A stretch of DNA of 64,000 bases from Tubulanus polymorphus (lineage: Eukaryota; Animalia; Nemertea), in the NCBI RefSeq assembly GCF_964204645.1, contig NC_134027.1:10634485-10698484 (forward strand), read 5' to 3'. The stretch's first letter is position 1. Every line of letters begins with the position of its first letter. The position numbers were made by a program, and so were the translations under genes. Shown piece after piece: positions 1 through 14,337 of the stretch. Under the pieces are notes generated by a model that worked only from the letters and a program-made list of their open reading frames with translations, was not told the DNA's origin and did not search any database.

Positions 1-3000
1 GTAGAGGTCCACGTATTCGCAGGAACCTATTTCTAGCTTTTTCTCCTCAATGCCAAGTAACGCCTATTCCAATTTTTCTTTGTCACAATTTTGCTGCTTT
101 TGCTTCATTTTTATGCATGAACTTTCCTATCATACAGCACTAGGGGGTGTTGATCTATTTTTGTATAATTGATTCATCTGATATTGTTGAACCTATGGTT
201 ATGGAGAGTATTGAGTGTAATGATATCGATCTAGATCTATACTTATGAGCATAGGCAGCTGGATACTGAGCTTATACTGACGTCTCTACATCAGGTTCCT
301 ATTGATATGTAATATGTTCTGAGTCCATGGTTCTAGATAGCGGAGATGATTTCTTGAGCTCTCTTCCTCATCATATTTTCACTAGAAAATTCTATTCAAC
401 TTTTTCACAATGACTGAACGGGTGCCCTTCCACAGTATTGTACATCTCATTCATTTGGATTCTTAAAAGATCAAGCTCAAATATATGCTGCTGGCAAGGT
501 GTGTCCCAATGAAAAGGTTTTTTAGTGTGATGGTAAACAATATAATGGGGCTCATGATGGTGTAACGAGCACATACGAATGAATTTTGCGAATTATGATG
601 TGGCTCTCCCCATTGCAAAGCTGTCAGGTTCACAAATGGAATATGAGCTGATTGACAAAGTTATTGCTTTGTCTTATTGTTAGAGTTTTCATATTCAAAT
701 GATGTATTTCAGTCGCAGCACGACTTCAGCCTCGGGGTCTGTCTGTGAGTCTCACACGAGTTCAGGGGATGTGACTGCCCTTACTAGATTTTGAAATATT
801 ACGTTGTATTGAACGTTTCGATCAAATGAATGATGTCCAGGTCGTCCTTTATTAATTGAACAAAGGACCCGATACTTCAAAATGCGCGCAGCAACTTTAA
901 GCATATCTAAATATCAGATCGACACTAGTAAAAGTACAAACATATTCGAGTATTTGAATGAGTGAATTGAAATGTGGCATATGGTGTCATTTGGAGTTGA
1001 GTTTCACTGAATGAGGAACTTAATAAGTGGGATTTGAAGCATTTTGTGCGGTTTTCATCAGGTTGCACGCGGTGTAGGTATAAGTGCTATGATAAAACTT
1101 TTAAAGACTGCCGACTGTTATTTCGCTGTGTACTTAAGGTCGTGGTAGCTCAATTTGAAAGTGTTCTTGGAAAAATTCAAGGAAACAAATGTACAATACT
1201 CTATTCTGAGTGAACAATATTTGACGTGGAGTTACTTGTATTTCAAATGACCATTGATTTGGTATCTTGTCTGCATCTTCTCGAAATCCTTTGTCATTAG
1301 TAAAGTTACCAATAATTAGTACTGTGTGCTCTATCCTCCAGCGAAGCTACCCCATCTTGTGTGGCTTTGCGAAGTCACGATTACCGGAAACCATGTCTGC
1401 ATACTGCTGATAATAACTTTTTCAAACGTTCCTGTTGTCTGTGGGTTAAAACCGAATTGGTAAATTTTTCCGATAAAACAATAACAATGTGTCTTCGTAG
1501 TACAGAACAGTTCGCGTTGGTTATTGCTGCAATTAGATTGTCACGAAAGGACACACACGTGTATTCCCATCGTAGCAGACAATAGTTAGCTCTCGTTCGA
1601 CGATCGCGCCAACAGCTTGAGTCGTACCCTTCCATATACCATTTATCAAGCGCTGATTTTTAATGACGCTTTTGTCCGAGACGCACAAGGGAGGCGATTA
1701 TGCAAATATCGCTCAACGCGCAAGTCGTAGCGATATTCGAGACACTCAAGTGTCGTAGTTTGAACTAAGTGAAAAAATTCTGTTTTTTTTATAACACTTG
1801 AGAAACCTGCATTCACTTACGTTGTTACTAGAGTGGTAATTGTTTCTGCAGCTTTTTAATGATGGGACCATTCGTTAATTTAGTACGCACGTTGCTTAAA
1901 ATTAACAAACCATCAATGTATGCTTGTGTACAGGGGGAGGGGGATAAAAAATTGGAATTATATGTGTACATAATAAATGAATTTCCCGAGAAGAACAGAT
2001 TGATGCTAAATATGGAAAAAGGCTGCTCAATATTTCTCTTATACCTGTAATGTGGATTGAAAATTACCTTATAGGTGCCTGGAAATAAAGCTTTGTGAGG
2101 TGGTCCGGCGTCTCCGGAAATCAGCGTTTTGTGTCAAACGGATGAAAGGGTGCGCGCCGTCAAAATCTGGACAGCCAAACATTGAAAAAAACGGATGCCA
2201 ATTTTATTCCGAACAATAGTCGAATGTAGTGGCAAAAAATCTCGACACAAAAATCGGGATATAATTGCATCGTCGAGTGGACAACGGTCCAGTTCAATCC
2301 CGGCCAGCAGGTCAGAGAGTTGGGCTTCAATAGAAAACACGGTGGTAGGCCTTTCAATAACTTCGGAAACCCTATTCAGATATAGGTCAACGTTGGTCAA
2401 TTGTTGTTAGAAATTGTTGGCTTTTAAAGAAAGAATGCCTGGATGGACACCGTCAGAGATTGCGAAGACTCGGCCATGGTCAGAACACTTTCTGAGATTT
2501 TCATGTCACCCAGGCCGTAGTACATTCTAAGACTTTCTTTGTTAGAAAGTCTTGAAAATTCTTACATTCAGGCGAAATCCCGCTTAATGACATTATTGTT
2601 ATAGCTGTGTTGCCTAATGCCAATTTTGTATGACCGGCCAGTTGGCGCTTCGACGTATAATATATTCCGTGTCAATAGGCGGCCAGGATCAAACGGAAAG
2701 TGTGATTAAGGGCGATTATTAACGTGGAAATTAGCACGATTTGAAATGGATTAGAAGTAAGACTGGATTATGAGATGTCTGAACACTGGCTTAACACCAT
2801 TAAAGTAAGTTCATATATGATGCATAGAAAGTGCAGTCAAGAAAAATTCTTACGAAGCATATGTCTTCTTTGACATCAGGGAAGCTAGACTACTTGGTGT
2901 CACCGAATAAGCATTGTAACTTTTCGTCATTACTGCAGTAATCATCAGAATCTGTGGCGGTGTACTAAAATTAGCCTTTGAATAACGATAGAAATAGACT

Positions 3001-6000
3001 TCACTGCCTGTTCTCGTGATTTATTTCTAAAAGTTTGATCACATCAGCGAAGTCGATTGTATACTAATGAATAAAACATTTTTCCTTCATTGATTTCAAT
3101 GTATTTTTTAGTAAGCATACTTTTTTGACTCGCCAGCGTAGTTGTCTGACAGCTAGGTACGTTTCGTGTGGTTTCTTGAAAATACATGTACCTGAGATCC
3201 GTCTGAAAATCCCAACCCTCAGCTTTTCTGAATAGGAAATTAGATTCATTTCCTTATCTCACCATTGAGTTTCGACATTTGCTTCTATAAGGCAGATTAC
3301 CAGGCTTGTGCCAAGCTTTTTTCAAGCAGTTCTATTTCTAGAAAAAGGGCACTTTGTCACCGTAAAAATGGGCACTTTCCCATTGAAAAAGAACAGATCT
3401 TTAATATGAAATGCCTGGGTACCTGAATTAATCATTTCAGAATGGATAGTTTTCAATTTCCATTAGAAAATTAAAATTGTACCTAAATTTCAAAACAATA
3501 TTAACCCAATTGTTGACACTAACTTTTTGAAGGGCACTTTGAAAATTTTTAAATTCGGCTCGGGCTTATTCCACTGTCAGAAAAATGAAAATCTCACCTT
3601 CGAACTTAGTACCTTATGATGTATTACAATTGGTTATTTATGTAGTTGAAATCCTTGACTCGAAACCTTTCTTCGTTCTTCCGACTTTCCGTATTCATCG
3701 TAAGGGCACTTTAGTAGAGATACGTACCGGATGTTCGAATATATGCCAGCGCATCCGTGTGTTCTATTACCATGTTCTATTCTCGAATCGAAGGATATGT
3801 TATTGTGTCGGAATGTTTTATGTGGGAACCCCGTCAATTGTCTTAGACTTTCCATTCTTTAAAATATCTACGCATAGATCACGTAGTCGGTAAACCATTG
3901 GTTATAGAATTCTGAACATTATCCTTATGATAAAGTTCTCTTTACGATGTAGTTACATCAGTGTATCTGTTTATTGACAACAGTCAACTTTCTTGGAACT
4001 GAAATATCGGTGAGTACGGGGATAGCGAGCTCATTTAACCAGTATATACATATCAAAAATTCATTGATTTTTGATATCATCCATAATACTACTCATACTA
4101 CCAGCCTCCTTTTTGACGACGTAAAATCCATTATAATGATGTTTATATCCAATAATAACTACTATGTGTTATCTAAGGGGTTTCATACCCTTTATTTCAT
4201 ACTTGATAGATTTTATTTCATACTTGATAGATTTTAATGATTATTTTTTGAGAGGATGTGCAAGACTGGTTGCCGATCATTTCAATTATTGATGTATTCA
4301 ACTCCAAAACAATAGCAATATATGTGTTATTTTCCAAGGCGTCAATAGACTTTTAAAATGTTCATTAAGTAACTAAAAATCACATGGATTCGATTAGTAT
4401 CAGCTCATACGTACACAATATTCTAGCATGCGACATTGTTGCTGCTAACGAACTGATTTAAGTTCATCATGTCGAACAAAATGCAAAACGATGCCATTTG
4501 ATTAATAAGTGGAAAAATACTTTTCTTGAATTACGAATTATTTGATATTGGAGCTACTTTTTATACCTTCGTTTCAAATAGCATGGAAACTCCCCACGAA
4601 CGATCACAAATATACATGTCATATCATTGAATATACGTCTATCTGCCGCACGTGAGGCACCTGTTGTTAGAATACAACGTGTTAGGACAGGTTTGTAAAA
4701 TTTCGGCGAAATTTCTAAAAAATTATCATCCATTAAGTTGCTAGGACAATGTCAACGACTTGTTCGAGTGAGATGGTGCTTTTCTTCATATCACAATCTG
4801 ACAATGTAGTATTCACTTGCGTACACTCCCTGCGGTTAAATTAAACATACATCATTCATTCTCCGAAGTATTTTTGCTATTGATTGAAGCAGGTTGTGGT
4901 TAGTCTATGACTTTGACCGAGTTAACCACATTCGCTAATCTAACCGTCAGATAAGCTTTTACTTTGATATATCTTTAATCATAAAGGATGTATTAATGAA
5001 CTATATATCCAGTCATGTAATTAATGTCCCGGCTATGTAGGTAAAAAGAATTATTTTTTGACGCTGTAAAAACCATTAAAATAATGTTTATATACATAGG
5101 GGCCTAGTGAATGTTTTATAATGGTTCTGTATGAGTCAGTGTGCACTACATCATCAATATTGGTGTTTCGAAATAAGAATTGCAATTGTGAATTTTGACG
5201 TTTCTTTTATAATTGAATATGTTTCATAACTCTTTATTTTATTTTTGATAAATCTTGATAATCATTTTTGAGAGGATGCGCGCTTCCTCATCAATATATT
5301 GGGGCTAGACTGGTTGCCAGTCAATTCAATTATCAATTTATCCAAATCCAAAATAACCATTGATCCTTAGTATTATAAATAACATATCATTTATTGTCGA
5401 CAATATTAAGCAATATATGTATTATTTTTTCAATGTGTCGATAAACTTTCGTGTTAGTTTATTTTGATGTCTCTTAGGTAAAATAGTCAAGTTAAGACTT
5501 CATGGTTAGCCTTGGCAAATAAATTAGTGCCAATTCTGCATGTGTTCATAGGATGTGTAATCAAAATGGGCTATCAATTTTTAAGTAATCATTATTATGA
5601 TTACCAATCATGCAATTAGCGATTCTACGTATAATGAAAATCATTTTGCCAACTTTCTCATTCGCATTATCCCAAAATCATTTCGAAGGAAAGCATTTGG
5701 TAGAAAATATGTTCATATGGATCGTAAAGAGTTTCATTCAATGCTGCTGTTGTTCAATACAGCAAGAAAACGGTGACTCAAAATCTGATGAACAAGTACT
5801 GGATAGTTTAGTTCTAAATGCTGATATAGTAGTTCACGATGATATTGTCGATAGAGTGAACAGGACGTCGTTGGTAAAGGTATGGGTTTCAAGTGAGGAT
5901 TTCTGTGAATGAAAGTGGTCGGAAATGCTACGATAATGACCTGGATTCATTAAGTTTTGTTTGTTTTCCACTCGTGACTAACATTGTTATCATCATTTAG

Positions 6001-6878
6001 ATGGTTTTAGTGAGTTCCCTGAATTGGCGACTGTTTTCTTTGTGGAAAGAGTGACTCAAAACGACCTAATTCTGATATGGACAGTGGATCGACAAACAAA
6101 ATCCGTAGGAGGGATTTTTCGAGGCATTGCAATTGGTCCTGCGATACATACATGCCCGATACATACATGCCCGATTCGAATAGAAATGTTGACAGTGGTA
6201 TATTGATTTTGAAGTGTTATTTACCTAGTGCTTATTCTGTTCAGGAATATGAGCACGAATTGCAGTTTGTGCTGATTGAACCTGAACGAAAATGTCAACT
6301 CTGATCGAATAGTGTATATACCCACTGCATATACTACTAGAAATACGAGTACATTTTTGTTGCCATGTAATTTATAGATTGAATTTCATAGTGATTTCTT
6401 TCAAATCGCGAAAATGTTTCAATCATTTCCGTGGTTTTTGTTAAATAGATTCTGGTGGAAAAAGTTAGTACCCAGTATCTGTCCCTAAATTTAGGACCCA
6501 CGGCTCGTATGTATGGCCTCAAGGACCTGTAGCTTAGTCTCAGCTTATACTTAGGACAAGTCTAAGACAAACTTAGTCCTGTAGCCAATCTAACGACTTC
6601 AGACCATTCTTAGATTAAAGACCACTTTTGGATGTAAGTCCTGACTTAAAACTCTGGTGGCAACAGAGTTTCTTGTTTGAAGGTTCTTCTCTGGTCTCTC
6701 CCCCATTGGGAAAAAGAAACATCGAACCCACTTAGGCCTATAATGCCCTATGTGGCGCTTAGCGGGTTGAGGGTGTTAAAATATTTTTTTAAAGTTCTTA
6801 CTGCGACCTTTCCCGGCAGTTCAACCAGTTAATCGCATTGCATACTAATGAACGGTCCGTATTCTTGTTACATTTCAG

Positions 6879-9800
6879 ACACAGATCGAGAAGGCCAATG
6901 ATCTGATGGAGGAGAGTGGAATGTTGGCACAGTCCGGGGAATATGGGGAGGCCGCGGGTATACAGGACATCGGGAAAACGTTGAAACGCCACATGCACAC
7001 ATTTACCACGCAACTCGAACACACTCGCGAAACGATCGAAGATACATCGAAATGTTACCATCTCCTCGATAAGGTTGGTATAGATGAGAGAAAATGGATC
7101 TATAGACTGCTGAACCGAAAATACATCGCTGCACAACCTAGCTTACTATAAAACCAACATGGGCAGTGTTCAATTATCAGGTCTTATTGAGAACACTTCA
7201 CAAAACGGTTTAATTCTGTTGGAGTTATTGTTACTTTTATGGCACAATCTTGATGGGGGAAATCAATATTTGATGGCCTCAGATGCTAAGTCCAAATATT
7301 AAATTTAATTGAGTTTTGAAATAGAGAAGAGTTAACTAGGCGTAATGATTTATCCATATACACAGCATTGGATTTTTGTTCGAAAGGTATATAGGCACCT
7401 AGATGATTCTGGGCTATTATCTGTGCTGACAATAGATCTTATGATATAATGTTTGCAAATGGTTCTAATTGATCAGGGTAGATGATCATCAGTCATTCTT
7501 TTCCTCTGGCCGATGTCATATTTCCAGTTCATTTGCCTTGCTATGAATATAGCCATCATCATTGCGCGGTGGACTAAGGTTGAGCCATATGGCATGCGCG
7601 CAACAATATAACCTGGTGATTGATTTCAGCAATTAATCGGGTGGTGTTTCATAGTAGAGCTCATGGTTTCCCCAAATAAATAAAGCGAAAACATTAAAAA
7701 ACGTAATTAGATGGTAACATAGTCCCCAAGCATCAATATTTGTTGTTTTCTATCAAAATGCAAAGGATTTTTGATTTTCATTAATGGAATTTATCACCTT
7801 CTTTAATGAGACTGCCTTCGGGTGGATTCTTTTAACTACAGCAATATGTACTCGGGATCTAGAGCTGAATTCCCAGCCGGAAATATTTCGTCCTGAAGGT
7901 TTATTTGCAATTATAAACGAACTGGAACTGGAAATATCTGTTACTTTTTATGTATAAAAGTTGAACTTAGCTTCTCGCACGGAATTCCAAACATTCTCAT
8001 TTATATGGATATTTTTCAATTATTTGGGCGATCTTTTCATTCTGATTTTTGTTCATTTATGAACATGAATTACAACACAAATTTTGGACCTTGTACCAAT
8101 AAAAGTGCATTAAACTAAGTGTTTCTACTACAAGGTTTTTCACACATAAATTCTTGTCGAAGTGTTATGCACAGATCTAACCTGGATATGGAAAATTTTC
8201 AGCTCATATTATGATCCTTTCAAATATTTAAGACTATTGAAGTTATGTTATTTAAAAAACTCTTAGCAGTCATCTTCTGACGCCTATGTAGGAGCTGGCT
8301 CTTATCATTGTTTCTGTAAAGTTTTCTAATTCAATCTTAACATATTCTATTTGTAGTCGTATGATTGGGCTCTGAGAACGATGAAGTACGTCAGTGGAAT
8401 TAAGATCGAATCCGACGCTACCGTGAGGAGCGTTCTGGTAACGTTAAAAAGTTTGGATATCTATCTGGAGAATCACCCTTACATAAAACCGGAGGGATTC
8501 AGCGAAATGTTGTACCTCGCCGAGAAACTAACAAATGAAAAACTTCTCGAACAATGTAAAATGGCGAAGGTACGCTGCGAAGAAACAGAAAATATGATTA
8601 AAATGCGACGCGAGGCGCTTCAGAAGGCAAAAGAACAATTGCTAGTCGAGGAAAAACGCCGGTCACTGTCGCGTCGGTCACCGAGCCCCGCTTTTCAAGA
8701 TCAGTTGATGTTTCCGCGAGATTCATCGACGCCCACGAGCCGGGCGAGCGGCGACTGCCCTTATCAGCATTTAAGAGCTGTATCGAAAACAGCTTCCGAC
8801 CGTAGACAATCGTACGCGGGTATGACATCCGCGCCCGGGCATGGTATTGCCCCGACGGCGATAAACGCGCGAAAAAGTGAACCGATTTTTCATTACGAAC
8901 AACGCAAATTCTCCACAGAATCGGACGACACATCGATGTTCCAAAATAGTTTCATTACGCAAGATATGTCCGATCGCGTTGTGGCGTCGTTACCGAAAGT
9001 TCTCACGGACGGTGTGTTCAAAAGTTCGTCGCAGGAAAGCCTGCGCAGTTCGCAAGATAGTTTACACAGGTCGCGCGAAAGCCTCAACGGTTCGAACGAG
9101 AATCTGAACTTATCGATGGACAGTCTTGTGGACCAGAATAAGATTAAAAGCTTCTCGTTGCCCAAGGAAATATCGTTCGACAACTACATGCGTCGACGTA
9201 ACAAACCTCCGGCGCGAAAGGTTTTCAAACGGTCCAACACGGCGAGTGCAGGGATGGACCATATGGACAGCGCGCCGTTAAGCACACGTTTAGATCATGT
9301 AAAACATCGCTGGAGTTTACACACTGGAAGTACAGAAAGTTTACCGAGGTATGTGTTTACATGTCGCATATCTAACGCTTTATTTGAATGTCGATAAACT
9401 ATTTAAATGTCGATAAACTTACCAACATTAACATAATTTTCAAATAAATGTACTTCATCGGTATGTTTTTTTAGCATGCGAGAAATGGAAGAAGAATCGT
9501 TGATGGACGAGAGCGATATCGAGTCTTCGAAAGTTAAAAGTTGGTCACCGGTACCTGTGAATACGCACCTGCTGCGACAGTCGAAACAACTGACACACCA
9601 CAGCTCTATGGCCGACTTGAGATTAACCGAAGCTGAAATCAAGAGTAGAAGGTATAAAAGACATTGCATTATTTGAACTAAATTGATGATTTTCATGTTC
9701 TTAACACGACTGATTCTATTTTCATTTGTACTATAGAGTTTTGGCTCACGTCATGGCTGAAATGATACAAACTGAACGCGACTACGTGCAATCGTTGAAT

Positions 9801-12800
9801 TACATCATTGAGAATTACATTCCGGAAATTATGCGCGACGACGTGCCGCAAGCGCTACGGGGCAAGCGCAACGTGATATTTGGCAATATCGAAAACATAC
9901 ACCAGTTCCATAGTCAGCATTTTCTCAAGAAGTTGATCAACTGTGAAAACTCGCCATTCCAGATTTGTCGATGTTTTTTGGACCATGTAAGTTTCAATGT
10001 TTGCTATTATTGCAGCAGAAATTCTCAAGCAAACCACTATGATACTTTCTCATATTCTTGTATTTCTTATATTGCGATTGAATGATATTGCTATTGGATT
10101 TTATGTGGCAGATCATAACTATCCATCAGGGAGGGCAAGTTACTCAATAGTTGTTTAAAGTTCACCTGGTGGATAAGGAACATAGTGACAAAACTGCATT
10201 CAATCAGCTTCAGCCCTGCTGGCCCCTGACTATCACCAATTAAAGGATATTTTTCGATCATTTATTGAAACACTTACGTTTGTTACAGGAGGACCAATTT
10301 TACCTTTATGCATTGTACAACAAGAACAAACCAAAATCAGATGCTTTAATGCTAGAATGTGGTGCAGAGTTTTTCAAGGTGAGCTCTTAAGCCTTCGAGT
10401 GTTCTGGATAACATCAAACCTTTTAAATAAATTGGACTTTAAAAAAAGATTTTATTGAAAAAGGTCATTTTGAATCAAATATTTAATTTGATATGGTCAT
10501 TTTTAACACTCAATAGCAATTCTATTCCGTTAGCTGTGTCCTGATATTGTACTGAACTCTTGATAATTGATTCTTTTGTTTTGAACTCATATATTCTGAG
10601 AATGTACACAGTTGAAAATCTATGCACACTATATCAGATATAATTGCAATTGGCATTAATTTCATATCGTTCAAGTGCTACTTCTATAGATGTCCGATCA
10701 ATAACTTGATTTATTTTTTCGCTGCTTCAATCAAGAGCAATATATGATGTAGATCATTTTTCGAATTTTATTGAACTAGATTTACCGGGGTACCGTATAT
10801 GAAATGCGGTGTCGTTTGATTTTTTCACACTGTGAATAATAATCAATCAATGAGCATCAATACTGAATATTATCGATTTTCAGGCAAAACAGAGAGAATT
10901 AGCCGATCGGATGGACTTGAATAGCTATTTACTGAAACCTGTTCAGCGTATGGGAAAATACGCGCTACTGTTGAAACAGATCATCAAAGAATGCCCGGAA
11001 TCGGACCCTGATTTTGGCGATTTGAAGTCGGCAGAGGAGATGGTGAAATTTCAACTGCGACATGGAAATGATTTACTAGCGATGGATTCGCTACGAGACT
11101 GCGATGTAAGAAAATATTCCAAATCCATCTATATATGCGTTATAAAACAACATTGAAATCTGTTACGCTTTTCTTTTGGCTCTGTGCTATTTTTGGTTTA
11201 ATGAGTGGCATAGCATCTGTTCACATTTATGGTATACGAAATGTGATAGTTATTGGCATATCGCTATACGTAGGAAATCTATTGCATAATGCCTATCTGA
11301 AATCCATATAAAAATCTGTGAAAGAGGGGATACTCGTTACAAAGCTAAAATTCCATTGGAATATATTTTACGAATGTATACCGGTATTCAAGGGACGAAT
11401 AGTCATGATGTCTATTTGTAAACAGGTCAATCTACAAGAGCAAGGTCGTCTTCTTCGACAGAACAAGTTCCTCGTGTGGACCGGACGCAAGAAGGTTCTG
11501 CGTCATGTTTTCATGTTTGAACACCTGGTTGTGTTCAGCAAAGCAAAACATTCCAACAACGGCCATGAAGTTTACATTTACAAACAAAGCCTCAAGGTAA
11601 TTTTAGGCAATAGCCTGAAGATGAAGTGTTAGGCTCATGTGCATGAAATCTTTGTAAGGATTTTCCTGAAATAAACTCATGAAAAACTTCATGAATACAT
11701 TTATATGCTCCAAAAGGGGCAAGCAAGTCTGTATTATACATTGCACATAGATTTCATGACTTATCATTGTAGACGTCGGATCTAGGTCTAACAGAAAACA
11801 TTGGCGAAAGTGGTTACAAATTTGAGCTTTGGTTCCGAAAGAATAAACCCGGATCATCGTTCGTACTGCAGGCTCAGTCGGTTGATATCAAGAATGCATG
11901 GGTTCATGATATATCCAGACTACTATGGGCGCAAGCATTCCAAAACAGAGGTACATAAGTGTGATTATGATTGAATACATTCTTATTTACTGCAGCTATT
12001 GAGTAGATATTCTCTCAACATCTATATTGATAATACTTTCAGAAATGCGATTGAAAGAAATGAGTTCGATGGGTATCGGGAACAAACCGTGCTTAGATTT
12101 GAAAACAAGTGAAGACAACATAAACGATCGATTTGTGAACGTGTCCGTCTCTTCGAATCCGAAAGGTAAATCTATATTGCATTAGTGAATTTAGGATGCA
12201 AGAGTACATATCACACGGTGATCTTTTCAATTCAAGTGTGGTGTGTCTAACCTAAATGCCTCCAAAGCCAACGAGCAGTCTTATGTTGGAAATAGTCGAT
12301 ATATGCATATATGTAAATATAGGATTTAAATCAATTGGGTGTGGTTGAGGCCTGTAGTTTGAATTGATTTAACCATCTAAATTATGATTATTTTCAGCGC
12401 GATATCGCAACTCGGTATCAGGAATGCCTAGCGAACACACGAAAGGCCAGAAGCGACCACATTCCATCATCTCGGTCAGCAGTAGTTCATCGTCTAGCAG
12501 TAGCGGAAGTGGTGGAAACAACGCGACGAACATCAACCAACCGTATCCCAGCCTGTTCTCGAACTTGAACTTAACACTCGGAGATCCAGATAAATATAAT
12601 AAATCCAATACAATCTCATCAAATGGTAAGTAAAATGCGTAACTATAGATTGAAAAGATTAAGTCCCCCGTTTCATGTGTTGAGTGTAAATTCACTGAAT
12701 ACCATCAGATTGAAGAGCCTTGAATTAATGAAGCTTTTCAATGGTCAATATCAATGTTTTCTTCTTGCAGAAAGTGGAGTCTGTATGGATACAAGTATGG

Positions 12801-13056
12801 ATTATTCTGAGGATCTTGTGATGCCTAACGACCAGTCGCGTATGAGGTCTAACAGCGCTATATGCACTACTTCATCTTTCCTGATGAACTCAACTGCCAG
12901 CGATAAACAATCGACTTTGATGCTAGAAACTGGTCATGTCACACCTTTCAGTGATGTAAGAAAAAAATCATACATATGAATTGGCAAGAAGAATGTTACA
13001 TTCTTTAAAAGCATCTTAATCTGATGAATCTTTTATTCATTTCTTTATAGGTGTAG
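6879..13056 (+). CDS. PLEKHG4: Puratrophin-1/PLEKHG4(B)-like Rho GEF, 3' part (spectrin-like region, DH and PH domains); 5' exons not identified, probably upstream of the window
   Basis: Twelve phase-compatible GT-AG exons: 6879-7073, 8357-9348, 9475-9651, 9737-9986, 10289-10378, 10884-11105, 11426-11596, 11773-11950, 12043-12165, 12398-12625, 12771-12955, 13051-13056. DH motifs EMIQTERDYVQSL, RNVIFGNIE, LYALYNKNKPKSD, YLLKPVQRMGKYALLL, QLRHGNDLLAMD; PH motifs QGRLLRQ, RHVFMFE, KFELWFR; post-PH SMGIGNKPCLD as recalled for PLEKHG4/4B. Confidence 0.9.
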
Positions 13057-14331
13057 TAAAGAGTATGTGTGTTATGATATGAGGTGTAGTACTCTCCCTC
13101 CAGTGTGCCCAAATGTTTCTTCTTATTCCGGTGGATTTACACGTGAAGTTGTTTGTGCTTGTGCAATGTGCTCATAGAATGTTGGATTCGAAGAATCCGT
13201 GGTATTTTCATTTGTTTTTTGCTGCTGACGCTCCAAAACTATAAACATCTTCGATTACTTGTCGTATTGGAAAATGAACTACTGAACAATGTTGCCCCGA
13301 CTGATTTTGTTTAGCGATAATCAATATACATGTGCATGCGCAATCACTTAAGTCATACGCTAAAAGATGTCTGAAATCAACTTACCAGTGCGAAGAGTCA
13401 GCTCTATCATGATACGGATATGGATATATATACCGGTATATATATACGCAATGAACATTGATTCGGAATCGTCTGAATTTCAACAGTTCGTGTAAGCATG
13501 CGAGGCAGTGGATACAAACTCTTATAGAGCATGTAGTCAGATAAACCTAGTTTTTAGGCGACTCTCAGGAATATTACGGAAGATAAGGATCTTTACCTAC
13601 AATGTTGTTAATGAAGTGCCATGTACGATGACGATTTTCTCTGAAAAAAATGTAGGTGTATAATATATAGACACAATCCTTCGTTCTATAATTTACAACA
13701 CGGCATGCACTGCTGAACTGGATATTGATAATCTTGATGGTGCTATGTTAACGTAAAATCAGTTTCGCAGACGCTGAATTAGAAGAAGGAAGGATTTGTG
13801 AATATATCCGTTCAACATTTTGAATAACATAGTAGTATAGTGTAGTAAGTCGGCATTGAAAGACCTCCAATATGATTTGTACAGTTGTACAGTTTTACTT
13901 TCTACAACTACTGTGATCGACTATTGAAAATTTATCAAAATTTATTGCTACCACTGACGACATATGTTAATTAGTGCTTGCTAAAATATATAGTTGTGGG
14001 CTTTGAATATGCTAGACATTGTAATGAGCAGTAGTGTTTGACGCAGGGACTGGGTAGATACGACGCTATTTGATAATTGGACTGTCCCAGGATAAAACAT
14101 ATTTAATAGTAGACTGGAATTAGAACGAATACATATTTCGTGCTAAATTTGATTGAACTGAAAGACATCGTACTTATTTTCTTGAATCATTACTCTTATT
14201 GTATGGGTGTCTCAAATTTATATTTGGAAATAATATTTTATGTACACAGTGTAAGATTAGAATGTAGAAGTGCATATTTTTATATGCGCCATTTTCTAAA
14301 CTACAACAGCTTCCTTATTTCTGCAGTGTTG

Positions 14332-14337
14332 AATAAA
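14332..14337 (+). promoter_or_regulatory. Candidate polyadenylation signal (AATAAA) for the RhoGEF gene
   Basis: AATAAA ~1.3 kb downstream of the stop codon after an AT-rich UTR-like stretch; no transcript support available. Confidence 0.35.

Noticed and set aside
1-6800. Short ORFs (392-574, 2134-2400, 3585-3893, 5610-5912 and others) as extra RhoGEF exons or genes
   Set aside because: No recognisable motifs or convincing phase-compatible splice sites; an alternative first exon cannot be excluded.
8598-9183. Antisense and alternate-frame ORFs over the large RhoGEF exon (also 25675-26253 over TANGO6 and 45318-45684 over the rolling stone-like gene)
   Set aside because: Shadow ORFs of GC-richer coding exons with no protein-like features.
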